Shown piece after piece: positions 28,232 through 38,384 of a stretch of 64,000 nucleotides of DNA. Below the pieces are notes generated by a model. That model did not search any database and was not told the origin of the DNA. It saw only the letters and a program-made list of their open reading frames with translations. The translations under genes and the position numbers were made by a program. The stretch's first letter is position 1. Each line of letters starts with the position of its first letter. The DNA is taken from the IMG/VR virus record IMGVR_UViG_2897748404_000006, positions 4,730 to 68,729 of that record, one strand, 5' to 3'. This DNA comes from a virus. Its lineage: Duplodnaviria > Caudoviricetes.

Positions 28232-30691
28232 ATGAAATCTATATATAAAATTTTGATAATAGGTATAGTGTTCCTATTATCAGCTAACAGTCACGCTCAA
28301 TTTGAATCAAAAACAGATATTACAGATTTTGATGAATACGAAGCTAAAGCAGGTCTAAACGCCTGTTATTGTGATTCAGAATTAGCTTACAATTTACTTC
28401 TACAACGATTAGACCAATTAGAAGGTCAAAGAAAACAGGAGTGGTTAGAAGGGCAACAGGTAAGGCTTAAAAATGAAATTGACCGAAGACTCAACGAAAC
28501 ACATCCTAATTATGCAGAAGCGGAAAAACAGCTTTTAAAAAGACATTACAAAGGCGATAATGATGCAATTATAAATCCATTAGCAGAACAAGCTAGCAAA
28601 AACTCTTTTGAGGACAAGAGAAAAGTTCAACAAAGAAGAGTTGAATATAATGTTTTAACTCATAGAGACGATGTAAGCGATATATTAGCTGATTATACTT
28701 TTGGTGATTTAACAAGCAAAGGGGTTAAGATCAAGGGTATGACACGCAGTCAAATTTTTGATAGAAGAAGAGAAATTCTTGATGAAATAAACCACACCTA
28801 TAAACCCTCTGCAAATGCATCGTCTAAATTTTGGGATGGACTTAAAAAAGTTATTGACCAAGAATATATTTTAAACCGAATGGCTGAATTAGCCAAAGCA
28901 CGTTATGACTCTTATAGCGTAGAGAACAGAGTAAAAGTAATAACAAAACTACTTGTAGAGCGAAATTTCGGTAATGGATGGGGAGCATATAATGAGGTGC
29001 CCTTGGTTTATAACACTAATGAGCATAACTATAGAGATTTAGCCCTTATTAGAGCCGATCAATTAGGAAATGTACAAAGCATCCCTCCAACAGAGCCAAC
29101 AGGTGCAGAGTCAATAGCAGCTCACGCTTTAACTAATATTAGCCCAAGCGTTTTTGCTAACCTATACCAAAACGAGAAGTATAAAGACATAACAAGTGAA
29201 ATAAACAAGTTCTTTAACAGATCAAACTATCACTTTGCTTCAATACGATCATTACGTAATGTAATAAACTTTCAAGAAAGCTTATTGCCACGAGTAAACG
29301 CAAGTGATGTAAGTAGCTATGGGATACCTCCAGTATATCAGTCTGCTTCAAACACAGAATTAGCAATGTCGTTTCGTGCAGATCGTGACGCACCAAATTA
29401 CCACACATGGAGAGGAGTTGGAAACGTATTAGCAGAAATGTACGAAACCGACTTTTTACCAAACAGCTTGCAACAAGAAGGGTTTATAATAGCAAAGATT
29501 TTTAATAGTAATGGTATTAGTGTTCCTGATTGGGTTACAAACCAAGCCCTTGGAGAAATATTTGATTTTAACAAAACTCCATATGGCGGTAAACCCGGGT
29601 CTAATTTTTATTATCGTTTTGAAGTTATATTTAAACCCTCTATTGGTATACAGCTTTGGAATCAAAGTATAAATATAAATAACTTATTTGATGATCCTAT
29701 ACATATCGAAGGGGCTTCGGCACTAGCTAGAGGTGAATCTTTTAATTTTGCTTTTAGAAAAAAAGTATATGCTTTTTCTAATGCCTTAAATCTTAATACA
29801 AGTCAAAGAGATTGGCTAATTGATGATAAAAACAGGAAAGAATTTGATATTTTATATGACTTTTTTGAAAATAATGGATACAATGTTGATAATGTAGATT
29901 TTGGTAGGCAGTCAATAGTAACATTTATGAATGAAAACATGATACTTCCTGTAATTTCTTTCGATCAAAATTTTCCAAGATCAACTTACATGAAAGAGAT
30001 TGTCAGAATGAATAAATGGATCAGACTTTTCGGTAATCGAGAATTAGGACAATTTATTGAAGCTATAACACCAAACCTTCCAAGCCTGACAAATCAAGAA
30101 TTGTATAATTTATATAGCTTTACTTGGGAAGCACATAAAGACCTTAAATTAGCATATTATAGAATTCCAATTGAAACAGTTGTGGTCTTCCAACCATTTG
30201 TAGAACTTATTCTTTTTGATACAGGAATTGGGGTAGCGATTGCATTATTAGAAAAACTCCCCGCAGCAATTAGATCGGCAGAGATACTAGCAATAATTAA
30301 TCGTTTAAGATCAGCGTCTCAATTTGGAGAATTAAAACACGCCAAAACATTTGGAATTAACACATACAATTCATTAGTTAGCACATTTAAAGCTTTGGGG
30401 TTGTCAAGGTTAAAAATGGGGGTTCAATTTCATCATTTATTTGAACAACGATTTGTGACACAATTAAAAGCATTACTAGGAGCAAATACAGGGAAATGGG
30501 AAAGTGTAGTTTTAACAGTAGAAGAACACCAAAAAATTACCCAAGCATGGAGAAGAATAATTGGGTATAATGGACAAGCAGTAGGAACAAGTGGAAAAGT
30601 CACAGCTACAGCAACACTAGCAGACATTCAAGCAGCAGCTAAAGAAGTATATAAAAATTATCCAGAAATATTAAAAGCACTAGGACTATGA
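28232..30691 (+). CDS. Secreted polymorphic toxin with a C-terminal His-rich (HNH-like) nuclease domain
   Basis: Signal peptide; C-terminus QFHHLFEQRF...VLTVEEHQKITQAWRRIIGY...AAKEVYKNYPEILKAL resembles toxin tips seen on RHS proteins; followed by a coupled gene. Confidence 0.7.
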   Translation: MKSIYKILIIGIVFLLSANSHAQFESKTDITDFDEYEAKAGLNACYCDSELAYNLLLQRLDQLEGQRKQEWLEGQQVRLKNEIDRRLNETHPNYAEAEKQLLKRHYKGDNDAIINPLAEQASKNSFEDKRKVQQRRVEYNVLTHRDDVSDILADYTFGDLTSKGVKIKGMTRSQIFDRRREILDEINHTYKPSANASSKFWDGLKKVIDQEYILNRMAELAKARYDSYSVENRVKVITKLLVERNFGNGWGAYNEVPLVYNTNEHNYRDLALIRADQLGNVQSIPPTEPTGAESIAAHALTNISPSVFANLYQNEKYKDITSEINKFFNRSNYHFASIRSLRNVINFQESLLPRVNASDVSSYGIPPVYQSASNTELAMSFRADRDAPNYHTWRGVGNVLAEMYETDFLPNSLQQEGFIIAKIFNSNGISVPDWVTNQALGEIFDFNKTPYGGKPGSNFYYRFEVIFKPSIGIQLWNQSININNLFDDPIHIEGASALARGESFNFAFRKKVYAFSNALNLNTSQRDWLIDDKNRKEFDILYDFFENNGYNVDNVDFGRQSIVTFMNENMILPVISFDQNFPRSTYMKEIVRMNKWIRLFGNRELGQFIEAITPNLPSLTNQELYNLYSFTWEAHKDLKLAYYRIPIETVVVFQPFVELILFDTGIGVAIALLEKLPAAIRSAEILAIINRLRSASQFGELKHAKTFGINTYNSLVSTFKALGLSRLKMGVQFHHLFEQRFVTQLKALLGANTGKWESVVLTVEEHQKITQAWRRIIGYNGQAVGTSGKVTATATLADIQAAAKEVYKNYPEILKALGL

Positions 30692-31539
30692 TAAAAAAAC
30701 ACAGCATATTTGCGAATTGGAGAAAAAAAGATGTTGACTTTTTAGCAAATCTTGGAATCACAATTGAAGAAGGTTATTTTTCTTTTCTTATTGAAGAGGG
30801 GTCTGTTTACAACGAAATAATAAAGCATTACACTGAAAATAAAGGTTTTTTTGTAAACAGAACACCTAAAGAATTTTCAAGCAAATTTGCTGTGGTTGAG
30901 TTTTCTATGGAAGAATTGGACAATTCAAAGTATTTCGTTTTACAAAACATAGGAAAACCAAAAGGGTATCCCTTTCCTAAAAACAACTTTGACAAAATGA
31001 CCGAAGAAACATATACAAATTATTGTAAAAAATGTGAATCTAATCGTCAACAAAAAGCTCCTTTTAAAATAGAAAAAGAGCCTAAATTGTCTAAAAACCA
31101 AGTAAACTTTTCTTTCCATACAATTTTTGATGAAATGTTTTTTAATATAGATTTTTTCCAAGAGGTTTTAAAACCTCTTGGATTAAAATCTAAAGAAGTT
31201 TTAATTGGGAACACAGGTGTTCCTTCTAAAAATGTTGTTCAGCTCATAATTCCAGAAGCAGAAAGCTCTTTGTTATTAGATAATTCTGTATATGATATAA
31301 ATACCTCCTGTGAAATTTGTGATACAAAAAAATATACTCAACAAATTTTAGGATTCATGCCTTCATTTAAAACGGACTTTGATTTCTTAATATGCAAAAC
31401 GAAAGAATTTTTTGGAGAAACAGAAACCCGTCAGGCTATGAGGCGAATAATCATATCTAAAGAATTTTGTGACATATTAGTTAAACATAAGATAATTCAT
31501 TATAACACAAATGAAATTTACCCAATAACTAATAAATAA
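30688..31539 (+). CDS. Putative immunity protein with two CxxC motifs
   Basis: ATGA overlap with the toxin gene; CKKC and CEIC motifs; T.EFFG...R.IIISK.F motif; no signal peptide. Confidence 0.6.
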   Translation: MIKKHSIFANWRKKDVDFLANLGITIEEGYFSFLIEEGSVYNEIIKHYTENKGFFVNRTPKEFSSKFAVVEFSMEELDNSKYFVLQNIGKPKGYPFPKNNFDKMTEETYTNYCKKCESNRQQKAPFKIEKEPKLSKNQVNFSFHTIFDEMFFNIDFFQEVLKPLGLKSKEVLIGNTGVPSKNVVQLIIPEAESSLLLDNSVYDINTSCEICDTKKYTQQILGFMPSFKTDFDFLICKTKEFFGETETRQAMRRIIISKEFCDILVKHKIIHYNTNEIYPITNK

Positions 31540-31604
31540 ATATTATAAAAAACCATATTCGAAGAACAATAAGAAAACTCTTATATAACCTAAACAAATA
31601 ACAA

Positions 31605-32159
31605 ATGAAAAAAACAATTCTATTATTAAGTATTATAACCGCAATGGTAATGTTTGGATGTAAATCTGATGATGAAGAAGTGCCAGAAAAATTTGATCAT
31701 TTTGATTATACTCAAGAAGAAAAAAACGCAGAAATTGAAAAGATAAGGAACTACATTAAAGACAACAGCATTGAAGGAATGACAGAAACCGAGGATGGTA
31801 TGTTTTATCGTATCGAAAAAAAAGGAGAAGGACTAACTGGTGAAAATTTTCAAGATGTAACTGTTTCTTTTGAGATAAAAATTACAAGTACAGGAGAAAT
31901 TGGCTTTGGACATGGTGATAAAGATATCTATCCTAATGGTGCAATATGGGATTTTTTTGGTTTTGAAGGTCTTTATGAAGGAATAGAAGACAGTATTGAA
32001 CTAATCAATGAAGGAGGTGAGATTTTTTCGATTATTCCTCCTTATATGCATATTGGCAAAAATGACCCTAATACTGGAGAAGATATATTTGAAGAACAAT
32101 ACGATGAAATTGTGACTCTTAAACTAGAATTAAAGCATCTTATACGATATAGAAATTAG
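31605..32159 (+). CDS. FKBP-type peptidyl-prolyl isomerase-like lipoprotein
   Basis: Lipobox MFGC; I.NYIKDN, TEDGMFYRIEKKGEG, G....IELINEGG...IIPPY motifs. Confidence 0.75.
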   Translation: MKKTILLLSIITAMVMFGCKSDDEEVPEKFDHFDYTQEEKNAEIEKIRNYIKDNSIEGMTETEDGMFYRIEKKGEGLTGENFQDVTVSFEIKITSTGEIGFGHGDKDIYPNGAIWDFFGFEGLYEGIEDSIELINEGGEIFSIIPPYMHIGKNDPNTGEDIFEEQYDEIVTLKLELKHLIRYRN

Positions 32160-32280
32160 CATCTCTCTAAATATACTTAACAAAGAGGATGACCAATGGA
32201 CTTTAGCAGACAAAAAATCTCTTGGAATGTATTAAGACAAACCACAAAACCCCATATAGTTGAATAGTCCCAACTATATT

Positions 32281-32318
32281 AAAGGCGGGGTTAACTCCCC
32301 CTAGTTCCCCGCCTTTTT
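32281..32318 (+). terminator. Rho-independent terminator ending the island
   Basis: AAAGGCGGGG...CCCCGCCTTTTT. Confidence 0.75.
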
Positions 32319-32380
32319 ATTCCTTTAACAAGAGTTAATTACCCCCTCAACCTTTGCGTATAGACAATCTATACGCTACT

Positions 32381-32413
32381 AAAAAGGGAAGTTGTTGTGT
32401 ACTTCCCTTTTTT
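32381..32413. terminator. Bidirectional terminator after the portal gene
   Basis: AAAAAGGGAAGT...ACTTCCCTTTTTT immediately after the portal stop. Confidence 0.75.
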
Positions 32414-34852
32414 CTATTGCTGCGGTGTTGTTCTTGGTTGAAGAGACTGTGCGGCATCCTTTATATTAAATCTGTTTTCAAAATTGATAGGCGCAGAATT
32501 TTCTTGTTGTCTTTGAGAGATCATTTTACTCATGTTTGTATCAATCAAATCCTGCCTTTTGTCTTTACGATCTTCCTTGTACATTGTCTCTTGTTCTCGA
32601 CCTAAAGACTTTAATTTTTCTACAAAAATCTCAACTTGATATTCGCGTTCTTCTTTGGCTTGGTTGACTTTGTTTAGTTCTGCCTGTTTCATAACCTCAA
32701 TCATTGCCTTTTCCTTTTCTAGTTGAACGGCTAATTGTGTCTCAAACTGCATGGTTTCTCGCTTGGCTTGTTCCGCTTGCATTGCTGCTTGTGCATTGCT
32801 TTGCGATTGGGCTTGTATTTGTCGCATTTGTTCTTCCTCTTTCTCCTTCATGCTCTTTTTTCTGCGATAGGTCAAATATGTTTCTGCCTGTTTGATATTC
32901 ATTAGCGCAATACGTTCGGCTTTGATCTTATCGTCTACAGTTATAGAACCTTCTTGTAGGGCTATTCCCATACTTTCCTTAAACTCCTGCATTTCTACTT
33001 CGGTAGGTAGCATTTGTATGATAAAACCGAACTCATGCAAATGGCGATCTTCCAAGGCTCTTACGGCTTCAAGGTTTTGAGAACCTACGGCATTAGTGTA
33101 TACATCTTTTAGGTCTTTGCCAAACCGGAAAATATCACCAAGGCGTGTACTAATGGTTTCACAGGTTTTTTTAGTGATCTCCATAGAAGCGTCAACGATC
33201 CCCTGTGTAGCGGTATTAGATTGCAGGATTTGCATTTGTTGTACTCCTACAAGGGTATCGCTTGGTGTACTCCCGTCACGGGCTGCATTTACTCCTGTTA
33301 AGTCTCGGATAATATTATAGTAGTGTAGCCAAGCTCGTACTAATTGCTCAAGCTTTGTGGACTGCGCACTTGTTGGGGTTCTAAGGGCAGCACGATCTTT
33401 TATCCCTTCGTCGCCTAAATCCGCACGGGTACTAAAGACGATACCTTTAGAGTTAAACAGGTTTAAAGCATCTTCCCACGTAAGCTTTTTCCCGCTTTTC
33501 GTGCTTAGTTCTGCCAGCATATCAATATCAATTTCTACACCGTCTGGGCGTAACTCTGCGATAAGTTGCTGCGTCTTTAAGTGTATACGTTGCATCTGTC
33601 CGTCAATAGGCTCGATAGTGTCTACAAAAGAGTTTAGTCTATTGTTATAAATATTGCTAGATCGTGCAATAAAACAAGGCATTGCACGGTTGTTTTTGTC
33701 TCTGGCAAGGATTTCACTTTCTTTATATCCGTAGATATAATCAGAACCCATAATAAAATTCCCCTCGTACCATGTGTCTAGTGTTTTGGCAACACGTTCA
33801 TTCTCGCTACGTTTAGAGGTATATGTAGATTCACGTTTAACCATTGTGAAACTACCATGTTTGTTTTTGCGCTTTTTATAGGTTATGTTTTTAGAGGTTC
33901 TAAAAGTGAAGCGTAGCACGTTGATTTTGTAATTTAAAACCTCGTTTATTTTTACTCTCCTAAAGTCTAAAATAGTTTGCCCTTGGTTCGTGTTTTGGGT
34001 TGCGTATTTCTCTGCTATTTTTCTAAGTGTCGCCTCGTCATAACCAGACTCTTGTTGTATTTGGCTCAAGGTTATGGTATCTACTTCAGCAAAATAATGA
34101 GCGTCACTAAAATCTTTCTTACGCACGTAGGAGTGTATGAAGTTTTCTATGTCTACATACTTGACAACAACCCCGTTATATTTATCGGTATAGACACGTA
34201 CAACGCCCAAAGCATTTTCTACGATATCCTTATCCACCATTTCCTTAATTAACTTCCAGTTGTTTGTGCTTTTTACGTATTTAATTAGCAGTTCTTCGGC
34301 TATCTCTATTTTAGGCTTAAAGGCTAACTCGGTATGCATTTCGATATCCTCATTATCCTCTGGGATATATCCTTCATCCCTTAGATCGATCCCTAACATT
34401 TGGTTTGCCTTTTCTAGCATAGGGGCGGCAACCATTTTCTTTTTTAAACCTTCTTTAAATTTCTTTTTCTCTAAGGCTGCGGTGCTGTCTATTGCGGAAA
34501 TATCAAGGCGGTACAAATCTTCACGAATACCGTTAGCCACGATATCCACGAACTTACCCGCAATATTAAGGGGCGACCAATCCATGTTCATGTAGTTTAA
34601 ATCCCCTTGATTTCTTGCGGCTATATTTTTATCACGGTCAATACTTTGTTTCCCTCTGGAGAACAAGCGATTTTGCACAATACGTTCCCTACGGTTTTTG
34701 TAATCCGCACCGTTACTAATCATGCCCCCGTTAAACCACTCTAAAGAGATTGCTTTAGCCGCCTGTAGCCCGTATGCGTCCCCTTTTTTTTCTTCGTCGG
34801 ATGCTAACGGGTCAGGGAAATAATCCCTTTTCATTTTTGTTTCCATGTCCAT
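32414..34852 (-). CDS. Portal protein
   Basis: 812 aa directly after TerL; YMNMDWSPLNIAGKFVDIVANG and IRDLTGVNAARDGS motifs, plus a Q-rich C-terminal barrel. Confidence 0.9.
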   Translation of the reverse strand: MDMETKMKRDYFPDPLASDEEKKGDAYGLQAAKAISLEWFNGGMISNGADYKNRRERIVQNRLFSRGKQSIDRDKNIAARNQGDLNYMNMDWSPLNIAGKFVDIVANGIREDLYRLDISAIDSTAALEKKKFKEGLKKKMVAAPMLEKANQMLGIDLRDEGYIPEDNEDIEMHTELAFKPKIEIAEELLIKYVKSTNNWKLIKEMVDKDIVENALGVVRVYTDKYNGVVVKYVDIENFIHSYVRKKDFSDAHYFAEVDTITLSQIQQESGYDEATLRKIAEKYATQNTNQGQTILDFRRVKINEVLNYKINVLRFTFRTSKNITYKKRKNKHGSFTMVKRESTYTSKRSENERVAKTLDTWYEGNFIMGSDYIYGYKESEILARDKNNRAMPCFIARSSNIYNNRLNSFVDTIEPIDGQMQRIHLKTQQLIAELRPDGVEIDIDMLAELSTKSGKKLTWEDALNLFNSKGIVFSTRADLGDEGIKDRAALRTPTSAQSTKLEQLVRAWLHYYNIIRDLTGVNAARDGSTPSDTLVGVQQMQILQSNTATQGIVDASMEITKKTCETISTRLGDIFRFGKDLKDVYTNAVGSQNLEAVRALEDRHLHEFGFIIQMLPTEVEMQEFKESMGIALQEGSITVDDKIKAERIALMNIKQAETYLTYRRKKSMKEKEEEQMRQIQAQSQSNAQAAMQAEQAKRETMQFETQLAVQLEKEKAMIEVMKQAELNKVNQAKEEREYQVEIFVEKLKSLGREQETMYKEDRKDKRQDLIDTNMSKMISQRQQENSAPINFENRFNIKDAAQSLQPRTTPQQ

Positions 34853-34855
34853 AGC

Positions 34856-37096
34856 CTATGCCTTTAATACGCTTACAGTTCCCTTGTTATTCCAAGTAGA
34901 AAGCTGTAACACTCGTTTTTTTACTACTCTTGTTGGTGCTGCGGTCAATTTTTGGTTTGCTAATAATGCTAGGCTTGAACTTATATATGCATCGTATTTT
35001 GTTCTCTTCTCTGGGTCTACATCTTTCCAGTGGGTTAAGGTTCTGGAAAAAGGCATTGTTCCCATTTCCCCTGTGGGTCTATAGGTGTTTGTTCTGGCAA
35101 CTCCTACATAATCGTTAATGTGAGATTCAACCGCATAAAACTGTGCGTCTGCAATTTTATTTCCTTGTGCGGGGACACCTCCGAACTCTTTTTCCGTAGG
35201 GCTTAATTCATTCCATTTTAGTCCTGGTCTATTCATGGAGAATCCTCTGTAACCTCTATTGTATAAGACAGTTAGGAATTTCTCATTTGATAATTCTATC
35301 AAAGTTGGCATGGAAAAGTAGCGCATTGCAAGTATCATGTCCTCGAAAAAATGCTCGACTTTTGCGGGTCGATCTATGTATTCTAAAACAAACTGATTGC
35401 ATGGCGCACCCACCATATTGTATTTTGTATAAAGGTGAATAGAGCCTTTAGAACCTCTTTTGTCAACGGTCTGACTTCTATTGTATGGATCACAACCAAA
35501 AGCCCCTACGTGTTCCGCTTTAGGGTGTCTGGAATATACCCCGCGAACGGTCTTCCACTCAAATTGATTTCTAATCTCTTTGGGGGGATGCCACGTAAGA
35601 AAAAACCGTCCATTCTTATCAGGATTCCACTGTGCCTCGCTGTCCTTAATGCCGTCTTTCCAATAAAAATTTCCTCGTTGTACATAGTCTTTTGGTAACT
35701 CTTTTTCGTTATGATCTAGTTGCTCGTAGATTTTCATTATATCAAATCGACAATCCCCTGCTTCATCTCTAAAGGCGTGTTCTTCTTTCCTTGGGAATTG
35801 CCGTAAATGTTCGTTATAGTCAATTGCGTTGCTCTCTAAGGCTTGCAGTTCATTATCTAAATATGTATTTGATCCACAGGTAACTTTTTCCCCAAACTCA
35901 TTATAAAGAAATGTCTCTGGATCATTAGGAATACTAAACCCATATTGATCGAAAAACCCTTCATATCCATATTGTGCGGGAATGAATAAATGATATAATC
36001 CTGAAACCGTTTGACCGTTTTTTGTTCTTTGGGTAGGATCAGAATCATAGTATATATTTTTGAATTCTAAACCTCCCTTGCTCATAGCGTTAACGGTTGA
36101 TCCCACTAAACTTTTTCCCACAATACGGCTACCTAAACGGTGCGAGGTTTTTATAATACTCCAGTACCGATCAAAAGGCGTTTCTTTAGGGAATTTTCCG
36201 GCTTCATCGATTGCGGATCGTAACACCCGTTCCCCATCCATTGCGTTTAATACCGTTGAGTAGTATTTAATTGTAGTGTCTAGTCCTTCGTTCATTTTCT
36301 TTGTTGAGGACGAACTACGTTTACGGGTGGGTTCTGATAAGATCAATTCTTTTTTCGGGGTGGTTGTACCGTCCCAAACAGGTTGAAAAAATGGAGGTAA
36401 TTTTTTAAAGGCTCGGATTAGTCGCCCAAACATCGAACGGGCATCTTCTCCGGTTTTAGAAATAATTCCACACAGTCCGTTTTCGGTTCTGGTGGCTATT
36501 TCCAATTGTTCCCCGATACATAATGCTGTCCATCCCCAACGTCTATTTTTTACATAACAGATCCCGTAACATCTTTGGTCTGCTTTACAAGCCTCCCAAT
36601 ACAACATAAGTTCATTTTGTATCACTCTAAAAGTAGGATAACCTTCATCGAGTTTTACCCAATTCAAAAAGAAATACATTGTACCTGTAATGTATTGTGT
36701 TTTGCCTCCAATATTTATAAAAAGCCCGTTATCTCTACGATGCCATTGTCGCTCTATATACGACTCATATGCTTTATCAAATTGGGTTTCTTCCGTTAAT
36801 CCTTTAGGTAGCGGGTCACGTTGCCATTTTTGGTTATGAGGTGCAAGATCATGGTTGAGTATTTCCTTTTTTAAAGGGGTGGCGGGTAGTGCAATTTTAA
36901 TAGAATTGATGGTAATTATTTTCCCTATTGTCCCATCTTTGCTAATCACAACAATATCGTATTCAGGCTCATATCCATATTTCCAAGACTTCGCTTTATT
37001 GCGCATACGCACTGTAGTTCGTGGAACTATAGTGTTGTCTTTTTCCATATGTCCTAAATAGTTAATCACCCTAATTTTGCTTTTCGTTTTGTCCAA
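34856..37096 (-). CDS. terL: Terminase large subunit
   Basis: KNRRWGWT (Walker A variant), IDEAGK (Walker B), GSTVN coupling motif, GAFGCDPY RNase H-like nuclease, YDAYISS. Confidence 0.93.
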   Translation of the reverse strand: MDKTKSKIRVINYLGHMEKDNTIVPRTTVRMRNKAKSWKYGYEPEYDIVVISKDGTIGKIITINSIKIALPATPLKKEILNHDLAPHNQKWQRDPLPKGLTEETQFDKAYESYIERQWHRRDNGLFINIGGKTQYITGTMYFFLNWVKLDEGYPTFRVIQNELMLYWEACKADQRCYGICYVKNRRWGWTALCIGEQLEIATRTENGLCGIISKTGEDARSMFGRLIRAFKKLPPFFQPVWDGTTTPKKELILSEPTRKRSSSSTKKMNEGLDTTIKYYSTVLNAMDGERVLRSAIDEAGKFPKETPFDRYWSIIKTSHRLGSRIVGKSLVGSTVNAMSKGGLEFKNIYYDSDPTQRTKNGQTVSGLYHLFIPAQYGYEGFFDQYGFSIPNDPETFLYNEFGEKVTCGSNTYLDNELQALESNAIDYNEHLRQFPRKEEHAFRDEAGDCRFDIMKIYEQLDHNEKELPKDYVQRGNFYWKDGIKDSEAQWNPDKNGRFFLTWHPPKEIRNQFEWKTVRGVYSRHPKAEHVGAFGCDPYNRSQTVDKRGSKGSIHLYTKYNMVGAPCNQFVLEYIDRPAKVEHFFEDMILAMRYFSMPTLIELSNEKFLTVLYNRGYRGFSMNRPGLKWNELSPTEKEFGGVPAQGNKIADAQFYAVESHINDYVGVARTNTYRPTGEMGTMPFSRTLTHWKDVDPEKRTKYDAYISSSLALLANQKLTAAPTRVVKKRVLQLSTWNNKGTVSVLKA

Positions 37097-37593
37097 TTCA
37101 TAATGACTGTTTCATCCTTAGAATCGTCCTCGCTTTCTCCTATTAATATTTTCTCTAATTCATCTACTTTTTTAGAAGCCCATACTGCGTGTTCTGCGGC
37201 TAGTCTTCTCGATACAAGTGCGGATTTCATCCCGCTTTCTTTTAGTTTTTTACTTATGGTTTTATCGACGATATCTAAATTATTGTCTACCATTCCTTTT
37301 AATTCTTTGATTAGGCGGGGGATCACTTTTGTTAAATATGTGAGATCAGAAAAAGCGTCTTTTTCTTCGTCCCCTCCCAATTCAAATTTCATTCGCCCTA
37401 TTTCTTTGGCTGACCATATCACATCTTCGACGGCTAATTTTCTTGATTCTAAAGCCGCCTTTAACTCGTTTTCTTTGGTGGCAGGATCAATGTTTTTACT
37501 GACCACTTCCAAACTATTTTCTAGCATGGTTTTTAGTTTCGCCACTAGATCGGGTAAGGTTTCTTTGTAATATGATTTGCGTTTTGTTTTCAT
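37066..37593 (-). CDS. Putative terminase small subunit with an internal tandem duplication
   Basis: Immediately upstream of TerL; two ~80-aa similar halves (LKAALESRKLAVEDVIW / MKSALVSRRLAAEHAVW). Confidence 0.55.
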   Translation of the reverse strand: MKTKRKSYYKETLPDLVAKLKTMLENSLEVVSKNIDPATKENELKAALESRKLAVEDVIWSAKEIGRMKFELGGDEEKDAFSDLTYLTKVIPRLIKELKGMVDNNLDIVDKTISKKLKESGMKSALVSRRLAAEHAVWASKKVDELEKILIGESEDDSKDETVIMNWTKRKAKLG

Positions 37594-38213
37594 GTCACTA
37601 CAGCTAACAAATCCCTATTATCCATACAATAGTATACCTCACCATCTAGTCTAAATTCATAATCTCCAAAGTCCACGAAAAAAACCTTATCGCCTTTTTT
37701 TACTCCTTGCTCTTTTAGTTCATCATTTAGATATTTCACATGACCATATTGTTGTATATATCCGTGTGTATTTGATTCTATTTTTGTGTTATAAAAGTTA
37801 TCCGGTAAGGAGAATCCTTTTATTTGGTAATCTTCTTTCTTTGCCTTTATGGGTTGCACTAAAACATGAATATGATTGCATTGCCATTCATCTTGTGGCG
37901 TTGCTCTGTACATTACAATGAGATCGTTCTCAATCCGGTAATGTCCTTTTTCCTTATCCATTAAATAAATAGGGTCTGTTTTAACCCCTTTATATACTTG
38001 GTACATCAGTACGGTATGGACGACTAAAACCTCATAGCCCACTTTTATTTTAGTGACATAATCCCTTGGCACTGCAATTACTTTTCCTATACGATTGGTA
38101 TGTCTTGTCTTATCAAAAGACGGGTCTATATCCAAGGTTAATGTCCCATAGGTTACTTTATCTTTGAGTGGTTTTTTTATCTCAACGGTGAATTCATTTA
38201 AGGCTTTTAGCAT
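37590..38213 (-). CDS. Tandem GroES-like-fold protein
   Basis: Two GroES-like units (GKVIAVP..IKVGYEVLV; GHVKY...GVKKGDKVFF..YEF.LDG..YY.M...DLLAV). Confidence 0.55.
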   Translation of the reverse strand: MLKALNEFTVEIKKPLKDKVTYGTLTLDIDPSFDKTRHTNRIGKVIAVPRDYVTKIKVGYEVLVVHTVLMYQVYKGVKTDPIYLMDKEKGHYRIENDLIVMYRATPQDEWQCNHIHVLVQPIKAKKEDYQIKGFSLPDNFYNTKIESNTHGYIQQYGHVKYLNDELKEQGVKKGDKVFFVDFGDYEFRLDGEVYYCMDNRDLLAVVT

Positions 38214-38374
38214 TTGGATTCTTTGTTTTTTTGCCCTTCAAACCAGTTCCAAAAATCTGCGTGTGTTACTTGTCTTTTATTTTCAAGATTCACTAAATTA
38301 TTTTCCCTTGAGTTTGATAACATATAGTTTCCAAAAGCGGTTAATTGTTCGATTGTAAAAGTTTCTGTTTCCAT
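38207..38374 (-). CDS. Small conserved phage protein (55 aa)
   Basis: Hand translation METETFTIEQLTAFGNYMLS...RQVTHADFWNW; fills the gap and overlaps the next start. Confidence 0.6.
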   Translation of the reverse strand: METETFTIEQLTAFGNYMLSNSRENNLVNLENKRQVTHADFWNWFEGQKNKESKC

Positions 38375-38384
38375 ATTTTTTGTT

